DNA of 64,000 nt, taken from positions 140,556,001 through 140,620,000 of the forward strand of contig CM059432.1 of assembly GCA_030390025.1 (NCBI GenBank), read 5' to 3'. Shown here one piece after another: positions 1-13,020 of this stretch (the first letter of the stretch is position 1; every line of letters starts with the position of its first letter). Made by a program: the position numbers and the translations under genes. The stretch comes from Squalus acanthias. Lineage: Eukaryota. Under the pieces are notes generated by a model. That model did no database searches. It was not told where the DNA came from and saw only the letters and a program-made list of their open reading frames with translations.

Positions 1-960
1 ACCCTGGGACCCTTATCCCCAGACCACACCCCCATTCACCCTGGGACCCATATCCCCACACCACACCCCCATTCACCCTGGGACCCTTATCCCCACACCA
101 CACCCCCATTCACCCTGGGACCCTTATCCCCACACCACACCCCCATTCACCCTGGGACCCTTATCCCCAGACCACACCCCCATTCACCCTGGGACCCATA
201 TCCCCACACCACACCCCCATTCACCCTGGGACCCTTATCCCCACACCACACCCCCATTCACCCTGGGACCCATATCCCCACACCACACCCCCATTCACCC
301 TGGGACCCTTATCCCCACACCACACCCCCATTCACCCTGGGACCCTTATCCCCACACCACACCCCCATTCACCCTGGGACCCTTATCCCCACACCACACC
401 CCCATTCACCCTGGGACCCTTATCCCCACACCACACCCCCATTCACCCTGGGACCCTTATCCCCACACCACACCCCCATTCACCCTGGGACCCTTATCCC
501 CACACCACACCCCCATTCACCCTGGGACCCTTATCCCCACACCACACCCCCATTCACCCTGGGACCCTTATCCCCACACCACACCCCCATTCACCCTGGG
601 ACCCTTATCCCCACACCACACCCCCATTCACCCTGGGACCCTTATCCCCACACCACACCCCCATTCACCCTGAGACCCTTATCCCCACACCACACACCCA
701 TTCACCCTGGGACCCTTATCCCCACACCACACCCCCATTCACCCTGGCACTCCTCTCCCCATCCCCCATTCACCCTGGCACTCCTCTCCACCCCCCCTCC
801 CCCCACCCCATTCACCCTGGCACTCCTCTCCCCACCCCCCATTCACCCTGGCACTCCTCTCCCCACCCCCCATTCACCCTGGCACTTCTCTCCCCACCCC
901 CCATTCACCTTGGCATTCTTCACCCCCCTCCCCCACACCCCCACTCCCATTCACCTGGGC
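1..960. repeat. 37-bp minisatellite (ACCCTGGGACCCTTATCCCCACACCACACCCCCATTC) decaying into a related ~30-bp unit
   Basis: About 20 near-identical 37-bp copies at 1-740, then degenerate CACCCTGGCACTCCTCTCCCC... units; runs off the window start. Confidence 0.95.
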
Positions 961-1131
961 ACTCTTCTCCCATTTCAACCTCTCCAGTTAATGCTGGCAC
1001 TATTTCCTTTCCCCATCTCTATTATTGCTGGCACTCTTTCTCCCTATTCACATTCAGTTAATGCTCTCATTCTCCTTCCTCCCCATCCCAAATGGGGTCA
1101 GTGAAGGGAAGAAATAGATGGCGTAGAAGGG

Positions 1132-1392
1132 TTAATGGATGGTAATGAAGAAGGAAGGCAATGGATGACACTGAAGAGGACATTGGATGGTAATGAAGAG
1201 GACAATGGATGGCAATGAAGAAAGCAATGGATGGCAATGAAGAAAGCAATGGATGGCAATGAAGAGGGCAATGGATGGCAATGAAGAAAGCAATGGATGG
1301 CAATGAAGAGGGCAATGGATGGCATTAAGTGGGACAATTGATTGGACTTCCATTAATTGCTCCTTCCCTCTGTCCTTCATTGCCATCCATTT
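1132..1392. repeat. 22-bp minisatellite (CAATGGATGGCAATGAAGAAAG) with one inverted copy
   Basis: Tandem units at about 1132-1325; reverse-complement copy CTTCATTGCCATCCATT at about 1375-1391. Confidence 0.9.
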
Positions 1393-2297
1393 GACTGAGA
1401 AATTTCTTCATTGTTTCTTGACATCAGATATGATTACACAGCCTGAGAAATGATGGTTCTTGGGACGTTTGCAAAACAGATGTAAGAAACAGTCAATGAA
1501 GTAACTTCTGTATATAGCAGAGCCTCAGACTTTAGCCAATACATTTATTGGTTAGATAATTTCTTAAATGGAAGAGGAGTGATGGAAAATACATTTTGTA
1601 GCCTTCAGTGCAATGACATTGGTGAACAATGGTATTTTATGGCTTTGGAACGGATTCATATCCCTTAACGTCTTGGGATAACTATTTGGACTCAACAGAA
1701 GATTTGAAATCCAGGAGAAAATCTGGCTTCCAAAAATATATATACTTAAAATGACAGCTTAAACTGAGCTCGGGAACTGAAGAGTAAATACAGCATGAAT
1801 CAGCTTCACTTTCCAAGATCCAATGTGTTGTGTATATTAAGTAAACACTTTTCCTTTGGTGAAGATGTTACAGATTTCTGTAGCTGAAGTCTTAAGGTTG
1901 ATTCGAGAAAGGATGTGTTGAAGAAACATATTTTTCAAATTGGATTTTCAAAGTATTTTGGCACAATTGTGTATGCATGATTCATACAAAACTGTGCTTC
2001 ACTTGTGACTTGGTATGATATGGTGCAATAAATACATGTAAAATCATTTGTACAAACATCAGTGCTATGATCCGGAGAGAGCGCAGGGAGCTTGGTGTTC
2101 TCACTTGAACACACTGGGGTGCAGTTCTGGTTGACAGGGCTCCATGGTGTGGTGTGAGTGAGGTAGGTCATCTATAAAAAGCCCCAGAATGCTGAAACTT
2201 GCCTTCAGGTAGTGGAGAGAGATAGATAGATTAGATCGGGGAAGAGAAGGCTTGGGGCTTCAAAGCAGGGTCTTGCAAAAATATTGGCTGTATGCGC

Positions 2298-2760
2298 GTG
2301 TCAGTTGTGGCTCAGTGGGTAGCACTCTCGCCTTTCAGTCATGAAGGTTGTGAGTTCATAGTCCCACTCCGGAGACCTGAGCACAAAATTTAGGCTGCCA
2401 CTCCCAGCGCAGTACTGAGGGAGTGCGGCACTGTCGGAGGTGCCGTCTTTCGGATGAGACGTCAAACCGAGGCCCCGTCTGCCCTCTCAGGTGGATGTAA
2501 ACGAGCCCATGGCACTATATCGGAGAAGAGCAGGGGTGTTCTCCCCGGTGTCCTGGCAAATACTTATCCCTGAGCTAACATCAGTAAAACAGATTATCTG
2601 GTCATTATCATTGTGTGGGAGCTTGCTGTGTGAAAATGAGCTGCCACGTTTCCTACATTACAACAGTGACTACACTTCAAAAAGTACTTCATTGTTTGGG
2701 AAGCGCTTTGGGACGTCCTGATGTCGTGAAAGGATCTACATAAATGCAAGTTCTTTCTTT
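2298..2760 (+). mobile_element. tRNA-derived Deu-domain SINE (SacSINE1-like), full length
   Basis: A-box TGGCTCAGTGGG, B-box GAGTTCATAG, Deu-like core GTCTTTCGGATGAGACG...GGTGTCCTGG, L2-like tail ...ATAAATGCAAG(TCTT)n. Confidence 0.85.
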
Positions 2761-4019
2761 TCCTTCTCTGCATTGATAGAGAAGGGCACATTCAGAGAAC
2801 GCAAGGCAGATTCTGCAGTGCCGCAAGTTTGAAAATAGACACTGTAATTCTGCTGAACAGAAATTTGCCATTTGCATCACTGATTCATGGCCAGAAGAAA
2901 ATAGCCTCCCACGTTAACTGGTAGAGTTGTTTCTATTTCTCGCCTCTGGCACCATGACCCTGGAGACAGCAAAGAAACATCTCTTCAGGTGGGTGTTAGC
3001 ACCTCTAGAAGCAATCACAAACCTTAGAGCACTGCTGCCAACACTGACAGCAAGAATGAAAAAGATACAAGGGACATAACTGGAAGAACATGAAGCAAAG
3101 CTTGAAGACTACAAAATATAGCAACTAGAAATAAGGGACTACTGAACCACAACAAGCAAAGCCAAACCTACTTGAATACCAGCAACAGGTAACAGTCCCA
3201 GGGTTGACCTGAGTGGATATAAAATGAAAAGTACATAGAAATATTGAAACAAATGTTCGCTTGGAACAGGCTTGTATCTAGGAACTTCTAAAACAGTGAG
3301 GTCCTGACTTAAATGTAAGGGGTAAAGATCCATTCAGGTAAAAAGTTATTGTGAAGGGAAGTGAAGGGGAGATGGCACTTGGAAAAAGAAAATGAAAGGA
3401 AATGAGCATCTAAAAATGAATATTGAACTGGGTTATGGCCTTGTTAACCTGCGTCGCTACTTTTAATGATTTGTGAATCTGTACTCCTTTATCTCTTTAC
3501 ACCGTAGGCTACCCCACTTAGTTTCCAAGGAGTAGGTGGCCTCCTTATTCCTCCTACCAAAATTCACCACCTCACACTTATATTCCATCCAATTTAACAC
3601 AACCTACGCAATGTGAAACTGTCAGGATCGTATTTTACTTTCCAACGATTTAAAAAAATAAATTGGGCGGAGGATGTGAGACGGGTGGCTGATCCGATCC
3701 CGTCTGTTGCCCCCTGGGCAGGTTAGGTTCAAATGATCCCCCTTTGCAGACTACCAGATGTGTGGCAGATGTTGATGGACGGAATATGGTGGGCTGCGTG
3801 CCCACGATTTCATAAGATGTGCACCACTCCACACTGGAAGTGTCGGATTACAGAATCCTCCCTGTTACTTGCTCCGTGTATGCTGTTATTGGAGAAAACA
3901 AGGCAATTCCTGTCTAATTCATTATTAACAATATAAAGCTGTTTGGGAGAAAAAAAGTATTGGTTGCTCAACATTAACCTAATGTCTCCCTCCCATAAGG
4001 TTGTTGAGGACGTATTGCT

Positions 4020-4387
4020 TCTGTATCATAGCGTGTGCCCTACACTGCAGCAACTCGCCAAGGCTCTTTCAACAGCACCTCCCAAACCCGCAACCTCCAC
4101 CACCTAGAAGGACAAGGGCAGCAGGCACAGGGGAACACCATCACCTCCAAGTTCCCCTCCAAGTCACACACCATCCTGACTTGGAAATATATCGCCGATC
4201 CTTCATCGTCGCTGGGTTAAAATCCTGGAACTCCCTCCCTAACAGCACTGTGGGAGTACCTTCACCACACGGACTGCAGCGGTTCAAGAAGAAGGCCCAC
4301 CACCACCTTCTCAAGGGCAATTAGGGATGGGCAATAAATGCTGGCCTTGCCAGCAACGCTCACAACCCAGGAACGAGTTTAAAAAAA
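4020..4387 (+). mobile_element. 3' end of the single-ORF CR1-group LINE family found at 19640-22850
   Basis: Highly similar to about 22490-22850, including the GGGCAATAAATGCTGG tail and A-run. Confidence 0.9.
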
Positions 4388-4684
4388 TTACTGTCGTACA
4401 ATCATAGTCAGCACAAGGCTATATTAAAATGATATACATGGTAAATTCTTTGCTACTGTGCGATTCTCATTTCAGTTCTTACAGTTTTGGCTCTTTTGTG
4501 CTGCCCTCAGAATATTTGGCCTTTGTGCAATTTATAAAAGTTGGTTAGCCAGGTTGTGAAGGATAGAACACTGGAGGCTAGTCTTCAGTTGTTTACAAGC
4601 CTTTATTTACAGAGACACACATTACATACCGTACACCCACAAGATAAGTTTTCTTCCTTCCCTAGCCTGCTCCCATATATATGA

Positions 4685-6070
4685 AAAAAGAAAGAAAGAC
4701 TAGCATTTATATAGCGCCTTTCACGACCGCATCTCAAAGCGCTTTACAGCCAATTAAGTACTTTTGAAGTGGAGTCACTGTTGTCCTCGGTTCCGAGGGA
4801 CTGCCTAAGAAGAAGAAGAAACGCGGCAGCCAATTTGTGCACAGCAAGGTCCCACAAACAGCAATGTGATAATGACCAGATAATCTATTTTTGTTATGTT
4901 GGTTGAGGGATAAATATTGGCCAGGACCCCGGGTATAACTCCCCTGCTCTTCTTCAAAATAGTGCCATGGGACCTTTTGGGGTAAAAATTCAGTTGGTTG
5001 CGCCTCCTGTTAGCGCCTTAAGAGGGCGCTAATGGGGTGCAAAGCCGCTAACGCTCGGGCGCAGCGATGTTTGCGCCGCTCGGGAACTTAACTTGACATT
5101 GTGCGGCGGCGCTAAAACTTACCGCTGCGACCACCTGCGCGCGCAGATTGTGACGTCATTCCATGGTGCAACGCCCTTGTGGCGCCCCGGAGCGGAAATT
5201 GAGTGGCGCCCCCTGCCTTACCGCCTGGCGCATCCAACGACCAGAAGACTGGAACGCTATCAATCGCTGTGGGGCTGGGGGGGGCGCTATTTAAAGGGGG
5301 CCTCTTCCTGTCTTTTATTGTTGGTGGCATTTTTGAACTACGCATTCTGAGAGAGAGAGGGAGAGACTTCTGGAGAGATTCAACGTTGTGTGAAGGAGTT
5401 TTGGGTACTGAGCAGCACTTTGCAGGTTCATTTTGATTTGCCATTCCTTGTATCGATTTAGCAGAGACTGTGGGAGCTGCACTCTGAGCTCTTTGCCTGG
5501 TACTCTCCATTGTTCTTTCCAGCACATTTGATGTGCAAGTCTCTCCAGGCCGAGATTCAAGGCTGCAATGAACAGGATGTGGATGGAAAGCAAGATTAAC
5601 CATCCCCTTTAAGAACTGGCCCGTGCCATTGTGTGTGTGTTCCATTGCTGACTGACATTACATGAGCTTCGCCAGCGCTCTGAGTTAGCGCCTCACTCCT
5701 TGGCCTTTGCGCCTTAAGACAGGTGTGCAGCGCCTGATTTAGCGCTCCACTCACCTCCCGGGGCGGTAAAAGTGAAGTTTCCAGTCAGTGCCGATAATTA
5801 GCGCCAGGCGCTAATATTTGCGTCCAGACGATATTTGCGCCCCAAATGGGGCGCGACCTAATTTTTACCCCTTTATGTCCACCTGAGAGAGCAGACGGGG
5901 CCTCGGTTTAACATCTCATCCGAAAGACAGCACCATCCGACAGTGCAGCACTCCCTCAGCACTGCAGTGTCAGCCTAGCTTTATGTGCTCAAGTCCCTGG
6001 CGTGGGACTTGAAACCCACAACCTTCTGACTCAGAGGTGAGTGTGCTACCAACTGAGCCACAGCTGACAC
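4685..6070 (-). mobile_element. Deu-SINE interrupted by a micro RTE tail and a MITE
   Basis: SINE tail at 4685, body resumes at 5872, head ends at about 6070. Confidence 0.85.
4979..5871. mobile_element. Non-autonomous PIF/Harbinger-type MITE, GC-rich
   Basis: TIR GGGGTAAAAATT...AATTTTTACCCC; TTT target duplication restores the SINE sequence GACCTTTTATGTCC. Confidence 0.8.
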
Positions 6071-6083
6071 AAGAGAGACCCCA

Positions 6084-6518
6084 ACACGGTGGCATAGTGG
6101 TTAGCACTGGTACCTCACAGCGCCAGGGACACGGGTTCGAATCTGACCTCGGGTGACTGTCTGTGTGGAGTTTGCACATTCTCCCCGTGTCTGCGTGGGT
6201 TTCCTCCGCGTGCTCCGGTTTCCTCCCACAGTCCAAAAATGTGCGGGTTAGGTTGATTTGGCTATGATAAATTGACCCTTAGTGTTAGGGGGATTAAATA
6301 TGTGGGGTTATGGGGATAGGATGGGATATGTTAGGGGGAATTAAATACATGGGGTTACAGGGATAGGGTGGGATACGTGCAGGCTCGATGTGGGGATTCT
6401 GTGTGAGAAAGCAGGGGCAGGGTACTGGATTTGGATGATCAGCCATGATCGTATTGAATGGTGGAGCAGGCTCGACGGGCCGAATGGCCTACTCCTGCTC
6501 CTAGTTTCTATGTTTCTA
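6084..6518 (+). mobile_element. HE1-type V-SINE with CR1/HER1-derived tail
   Basis: tRNA head GGTGGCATAGTGGTTAGC...GGTTCGAATC, V-domain TGTGTGGAGTTTGCACATTCTCCCCGTGTCTGCGTGGGTTTCCTCC, tail matching the CR1 end at about 38410-38506. Confidence 0.9.
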
Positions 6519-6689
6519 ATACCCACTACCTGAATACAATTAACATAGATTGCCTTCCATGGCTGTGGCTATGGTTTGCTATCCTTTCTCATACTCGCTG
6601 GAGTTAGCTTATCTATTTTTCCTTTGCCCTCCCCTGTTTCTATTATTTTCTTTCCTTTCTTGTACAGTCTCAGCTTTTGTCGACAATCT

Positions 6690-7098
6690 CAAATTAAGCA
6701 GCGCGTTAAAGTTCTCATCGTTGAGTTCAAATCCTTCCATGGCCTCGCCCCTCCCTATTTCTGTAACCTCCGGCATCCCTCTGAGATCTCTGCGTTCCTC
6801 CAATTCTGGCCTCTTGCGCATCCCCGACTTTCTTCACCCCATCATTGGTGGCCGTGCCTTCAGCTGCCTGGGCCCTAAGCTCTGGAATTCCCTCCCTAAA
6901 CCTCTCCGCCTCTCTACCTCTCGTTTCTCCTTTAAGGCGCTCCTTAAAACCTACCTCTTTGATAAAGCTTTTGGTCCCCTGCCCTCATCTCTCCTTATGT
7001 GGCTCTGTGACAAATGCTGTCTGATAACACTCCTGTGAAGCGCCTTGGGACATTTTACTACATTAAAGGCGCTATATAAATGTAAGTTGTTGTTGTTG
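6690..7098 (+). mobile_element. L2 LINE 3' fragment
   Basis: GGRAFSCLGPKLWNSLP...FKALLKTYLF C-terminal motif and (TTG)n tail. Confidence 0.9.
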
Positions 7099-8300
7099 TA
7101 CTAGTCCAGGCCAAACACTGCCCAATTTTTTGTGGGCTGGGTCATTAGTATGTCCTGGTCACACCTCAACACAGTCCATTCCCCGAAAAGGGCTGGAAGG
7201 AAAAGCAGGTCTGTCTAAGGCCTTCTGCTCGCTGTTGGAGAACAGAAGAATCATAGAATAGAACGGTCACAGCACGGAAGAAGGCCATTCGGCCCATCGA
7301 GCACATGCCGGCTCTCTGCAAGAACACTTCAGCTAGTCCCACTCCCCCGCCCTTTCCCTGTAGCCCTGCAAATTTTTTTCCTTCAGGTACTTATCCAACT
7401 TCCTTTTGAAAGCCGTGATTGAGTCTGCCTCCACCGCCCTTTCAGGCAGTGCATTCCAGATCCTAACCACTCGCTGCGTAAAAAAGTTTTTTCTTACGTC
7501 GCCTTTGGTTCTTTAGCCAATCACCTTAAACCTGTGTCCTCTGGTTCATGACCCTTCCGCCAATGGGAACAGTTTCCCTCTATCTACTCTGTCTAGACCC
7601 CTCATGATTTTGAACACCTCTATCAAATCTCCTCTCAATCTTCTCTGCTCTAAGGAGAACAACCCCAGCTTCTCCAGTCTATCAACGTAACTGAAGTCCC
7701 TCATCCCTGGAATCATTCTCATAAATCTTTTCTGCACCCTCTCTAAGGCCTTCACATCCTTCCTAAAGTGTGGTGCCCAGAATTGGACACAATGCTCCAG
7801 TTGGGGCCGAACCAGTGTTTTATAAAGGTTCATCATAATTTCCACACTTTTGTACTCTATACCTCTATTCATGAAGCCCAGGATCCCGTAAGCCTTTTTA
7901 ACTGCTTTTTCAACCTGCCCTGCCACCTTCAACGATTTGTGCACATATACCCCCAGGTCTCTCTGTTCGTGCACCCCCTTTAGGATTGTACCATTTAGTT
8001 TATACATCCTCTCCTCATTCTTTCTACCAAAATGTATCACTTCACACTTTTGTGCGTTAAATTTCATCTGCCACGTGACAGCCCATTTCACCAGCCTGTC
8101 TATGTCTTCCTGAAGTCTATCACTCCCCTCCTCACTGTTCACTATACTTCCAAGCTTTGTGTCATCTGCAAATTTTGAAATTGTGCCCTGTACACCCACG
8201 TCCAAGTCATTAATATATATCAAGAAAAGTAGTGGTCCTAGAACCGACCCCTGGGGAACACCACTGTATACCTTCCTCCAGTCCAAAAAACAACCGTTCA

Positions 8301-11077
8301 ACAACAATAACAACAACTTGTATTTATATAGCATCTTAAACATAGTAAAACGTCCCAAGGTGTGGCACAGGAGTATTATAAAACAGCAAATTTGACACCG
8401 AGCCACATAAGGATAAATTAGGGCAGATGACCAAAAGCTTGGTCAAAGAAGTAGGTTTTAAGGAGCATCTTAAAGGAGGAAAGAGAGGTAGTGAGGTGGA
8501 CAGGTTTAGGCAGGGAATTCCAGAGCTTAGGGCCCAGGCAACAGAAGGCATGGCCACCAATGGTTGAGCGATTATAATCAGGGATGCTCAAGAGGGCAGA
8601 ATTAGAGGAGCGCAGATATCTTGTGGCGGGGGGGGGGGCGGGGTGGGGCTGAAGGAGATTACAGAGATAGGAAGGAGTGAGGCCATGGAGGGATTTAAAA
8701 ACAAGGATGAGAATTTTGAAATCGAGGCGCTGCTTAACCGGGAGCCAATGTAGGTCACAGGGGTGATGGGTGAACGGGACTTGGTGCGAGTTAGGACACG
8801 GGCAGCCGAGTTTGGATGACCTCAAGTTTACGTATGGTAGAATGTGGGAGGCCAGCCAGGTGTGCGCTGGAATAGTCAAGTCTAAAGGTAACAAAGGCAT
8901 GGATGAGGGTTTCAGCAGCGGATGAGTTGAGGCAAGGGCGGAGACGGGCGATGTTATGGAAGTGGTAATAGATGGTCTTAGTTATGCTGCGGATATGTGG
9001 TCAGAAGCTCTATTCAGGGTCAAATATGACACCAAGGTGGCGAACTGTGTGGTTCAGCCTCAGACAGATGTTAGGGAGAGGGATGGAGTCAGTGGCTAGG
9101 GAACGGAATTTGTGGCGGGGACCAAAAACAATGGCTTCGGTCTTCCCAATATTTAATTGGAGAAAATTTTTGCTCATCTAGAACTGTATGTCGGACAAGC
9201 AGTCTGACATTTTAGAGACCATGGAGGGGTCGAGAGAAGAGGTAGTGAGGTACAGCTGGGTGTCATCAGCGTACATGTGGAAACTGACGCTGTGTTTTCG
9301 GATGATGTCGCCAAGGGCCAACATGTAGATGAGAAATAGGAGGGGGCCAAGGATAGATCCTTGGGGGACACCAGAGGTAACGATGTGGGAGCGGGAAGAG
9401 AAGCCGTTGCAGGTGATTCTCTGGTTACGATTAGATGGATAAGAATGGAACCAGGCGAGTGCAGTCCCACCCAGCTGGATGACGGTGGAGAGACATTGGA
9501 GAAGGATGGAGTGGTCAACCATGTCAAAGGCTGCAGACAAGTCAAGAAGGACGAGGAGGGATAGTTTACCTTTGTCACAGTCACAAAGGATGTCATTTGG
9601 GACTTTGATGAGAGCCGTTTCGGTACTGTGGCAAGGGCGGAAACCTGATTGGAGGGATTCAAACATGGAATTGTGGGAAAGATGGGCACGGATTTGGGAG
9701 GCGACAACATGTTCAAGGACTTGGAGAGGAAAGGGAGGTTGGAGATGGGGCGATAGTTTGCAAGGATGGAGGGGTCAAGGGTAGGTTTTTTGAGGAGAGG
9801 GGTGATGACAGCAGATTTGAGGGAGAGGGGGACAATACCTGAGGAGAGAGAACCGTTAACAATGTCAGCTAACATGGGAGCCAGAAAACAAAGTTGGGTG
9901 GTCAGCAGTTTGGTGGGAATAGGGTCGAGGGAGCAGGAGGTGGGTCTCAGACAAGATGAGCGCAGAGAGGTCATGAGTGGAGATTGGAGAAAAACTGGAG
10001 AAAGATGTGAGTTCAGGGCTAGGGCAGGGGGGAACCTTAGAGGAAGTTTGGCCCAGTGGGCTAGGGGAAGGAAGGGAAGTGGCAGAGGCTGCTGAATGGA
10101 TGGTCTCAATCTTAGAGACAAAGAAGTCCATGAGCTCCTCACACTTGTTGTTGGAGGTGAGGGTGGAGGAGACAGGGGAGTGGGGTTTAAGAAGACGGTT
10201 AGCAGTAGAGAATAGGAGCCGGGGTTTATCTTTGCATTCCAGAATGATTCTGGAATGATTCTGGAATAGTGAGCAATTTTGGCAGATGAGAGCAAGCCCC
10301 GATAATGCTTTATGTAGTCCAGCCAGATCTGGCGGTGAATGTCGTAACCAGTTGTCCGCCATATCCGTTCAAGTCTGCGTCCCTTGGACTTAAGGGAGTG
10401 AAGATGAGAGCTGTACCAGTGGAAACGGCCAGGGTGAGAGAGAGTAATTGTTTTAATAGGGACTAGGGCATCAAAAGTGGTGGTGAGGGTGTGGTTGAGC
10501 AGATCGGTAGCTGCAGAAATGCCGTGGTGAATGGAGGGCCAAAGGCTGGACAGTTGGGATTTCGTAAGTGCAGTTGTAAGAGAGTTGGGAGAGAGTTTTT
10601 TCCAGGGGCGGACACAGAAGGAAGTAGGGTTGGGGGGAAGAGGGGGTGGAAGGGGGATGTGGGTGGAGAGCGATACGAGGAAATGGTCAGAGATGGCCTT
10701 ATCTGCGATTGACATGATGGGAGTTGCAAGGCCACGAGAGATGGCAAGGTCGAGGGGGTGGCCGTGAATATGGGTTGGGGAGTTTACATGGAGGGAGAGA
10801 TTAAGGGAGGATAGGAGGCTCGTGAACTCAGAGGAGAGAGAGCATGATGAATTGAGATGGAGGTTGAAATCACCAAGGATGAGAAGTCGTTTGGTGCAGA
10901 GGCTGAAGGAGGAGGGCAATGAAGATATCTCAGTAATAAAATTTTTATGGTACTTTGGTGGGCAGTAGAGAATTTTAAATGAGAGGTGAGAGGGGTGGAA
11001 TAAGGTGAGATGCTCAAAGAAGGAGAAACTGCCAGAGGAGTAGGGGGACAGATCAAGGTGTGATTTGGTGATGAGAG
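8301..11077 (-). mobile_element. 5'-truncated L2 LINE (partial APE + RT, frameshifted) nested in CR1
   Basis: LGDFNLH, GHPLDL, SDHF, CSLDPIPT, LDLSAAFD, YADDTQLY motifs; (TTG)n tail at 8301; no TSD seen. Confidence 0.92.
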
Positions 11078-12213
11078 CCACTACTCTCTGTTTCCTGTCA
11101 CTTAGCCAATTCTGTATCCATGCTGCCACTGTCCCTTTTATTCTATGGGCTTCAACTTTGCTGGCAAGCCTATTACGTGGCACTTTGTCGAACGCCTTTT
11201 GGAAATTCATGTACACTACGTCAACTGCATTAGCCTCATCAACCCTCTCTGTTACCTCATCAAAGAACTCAATCAAGTTAGTTAAACACGATTTGCCTTT
11301 AACAAATCTGTGCTGGCTTGAAGGGATAATTACTAGTCCTAGCCCTTTTTAGGCTACCCCAGATCAGGCGTATTCCCCAGACGTTCACCTTCAACTAAAG
11401 TTAGAGATAGCCGAATCCTATAAGATGCTTAATTGGGTTTAAAGGTTCAGACTATCTCTCCCTAAAGGAAAGGAATGGCCTGAAGATGTTACCATCCTCC
11501 AGATAGCACTTTTAATAAGTTTAACTAGACTGTACCCTTCCGGATATTATGAGGGTCCGGAAAACTCCCCCAGAATTCTGCAACTCCTCACCAAAGAGTG
11601 TACAGAGATTGAGTTCGCGAGTTTGATACAGAAGTACTATGTGAGACAATTCTAAAAATATATAGATTTATTAAAGAACCGACATGTAGTTAACAGCTGG
11701 TGATTCAGTCACAACATTAACAGTTCAAAATACAAATAGCTTACAATTCTTATTATCAGAGATCCTTTTTCTCAAATCTTAACTTCGTTACATTTTTACA
11801 TTTCTACTTATTCTTAATCCAGGATATCCACCAAAATCAAATACCTTTGATTATCTGAGACTCAAAGAGTTGTAGGCTTTCAGAGCCTGTCTCTGAAGCT
11901 GAGAATCACTTGCCCCTTCCAGCGAATTCTGTTTTCCTATTTGAAAGTTCTATATTTTATACCCTTTTTTCAGTGGTATATCCTTTGAAGTTTCCTGCTG
12001 ATGTATGCTAATTATCTCGAGTTACATTTCTATTGACTTCTTTCTATTCTTACTGTCAGTTCAGCTGTTAGCTTGCAGACTTGTGTCTCTACCTTTAGGT
12101 GTTCAAAACTTATCATAAAAAATGGTTATAACAGATGTATCTATTTGATGCCATTCTTACGAAGGTCTTCTATTCAATTCTTAAATCACCTCAGCTGGTT
12201 GTATACAGACTTT

Positions 12214-12979
12214 GGGCTGGATTTTGATACTGGGGCGGGTTGGGGTCGTGTCATCCGCATTTCGTGTTATCCACCCGCCTGCAATTGGATGTGGGAGATT
12301 GATGCAATTTTTACTTAATTGGGCAATTGAGTTCCAGCATGTGGGAACCCATGAACCAATTAGTGGTTTCAGTCTGAAAGTCGCCTTTGATGATGTCATC
12401 ATTGCAGGTCAGAGACTGCCTGGTCTCAGAGACTGCCTGGCCTTTGCTGTGAGAGGACCTGGATGCAAAATGAGCAGCATCTCAGAGAGAGAGAGAGAGA
12501 GAGAGAATTTTTTTTGCAACCAAGTCCTCCCAGGCAGTCTCTGAAGACATTCAATGCAGCAGCATCAGAGGCGACTTTCAGACCTAATACTACTACTACC
12601 TTCATCACAATACTACTACTACCATCATCACATCTCCGTTGTAATAGTGGACCTGCAGCTGATAGTTAGCTATCCACTTGTGCTCCCGCCAGGTTTCACT
12701 GGAGTGTTTCACATCAGGCGTACTTCACATCGGAAAAGGGTTAAACTAGCTAAAACGTTTCAAAATGACATTACAGAGCCAATTTAGGGCTTGTTAAGGG
12801 CTTTAATGGCCTCTCCCGCCTCTTGGAGGCGGGACGGAGTCGGAAACACCGCGACCGATTTTGTCAAAATTGCGTGGAGGCGGAATGGAGTTGGGATGTG
12901 GTCGGGACCCCCGAATCTGCAACTTTAACCCCCCACATGCCTCCAAACCCGACTCCACGGGTCATTGAAAATCCAGCCC
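12214..12979. mobile_element. Harbinger MITE family A, copy 1
   Basis: TIR GGGCTGGATTTT...AAAATCCAGCCC, flanks TTT/TTC; subterminal similarity to the Harbinger at 59925-62607. Confidence 0.88.
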
Positions 12980-13020
12980 TTCGTGTCTCCTAGTTGTTCC
13001 AAGTTCAACACAAACACAAT

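Noticed and set aside
1..740. 37-bp repeats as a CRISPR array
   Set aside because: Head-to-tail copies with no unique spacers, eukaryotic context, no cas genes
2298..2375. SINE heads as tRNA genes
   Set aside because: A/B boxes run into SINE bodies; no complete cloverleaf
3750..3915. CGRC-TGA frame as a selenoprotein exon
   Set aside because: No recognisable family, no SECIS identified, no canonical donor; other frames equally uninformative
4555..4680. Possible LTR end (TGTGAAGG, minus-strand AATAAA)
   Set aside because: No matching terminus or TSD found
7546..8406. 286-aa ORF with a hydrophobic, signal-peptide-like start
   Set aside because: The N-terminus is the L2 3' tail ((TTG)n read as poly-Leu) fused to CR1 RT
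9174..11276. 700-aa ORF as a novel gene
   Set aside because: Chance read-through from the CR1 RT into a nested L2 with frameshifts
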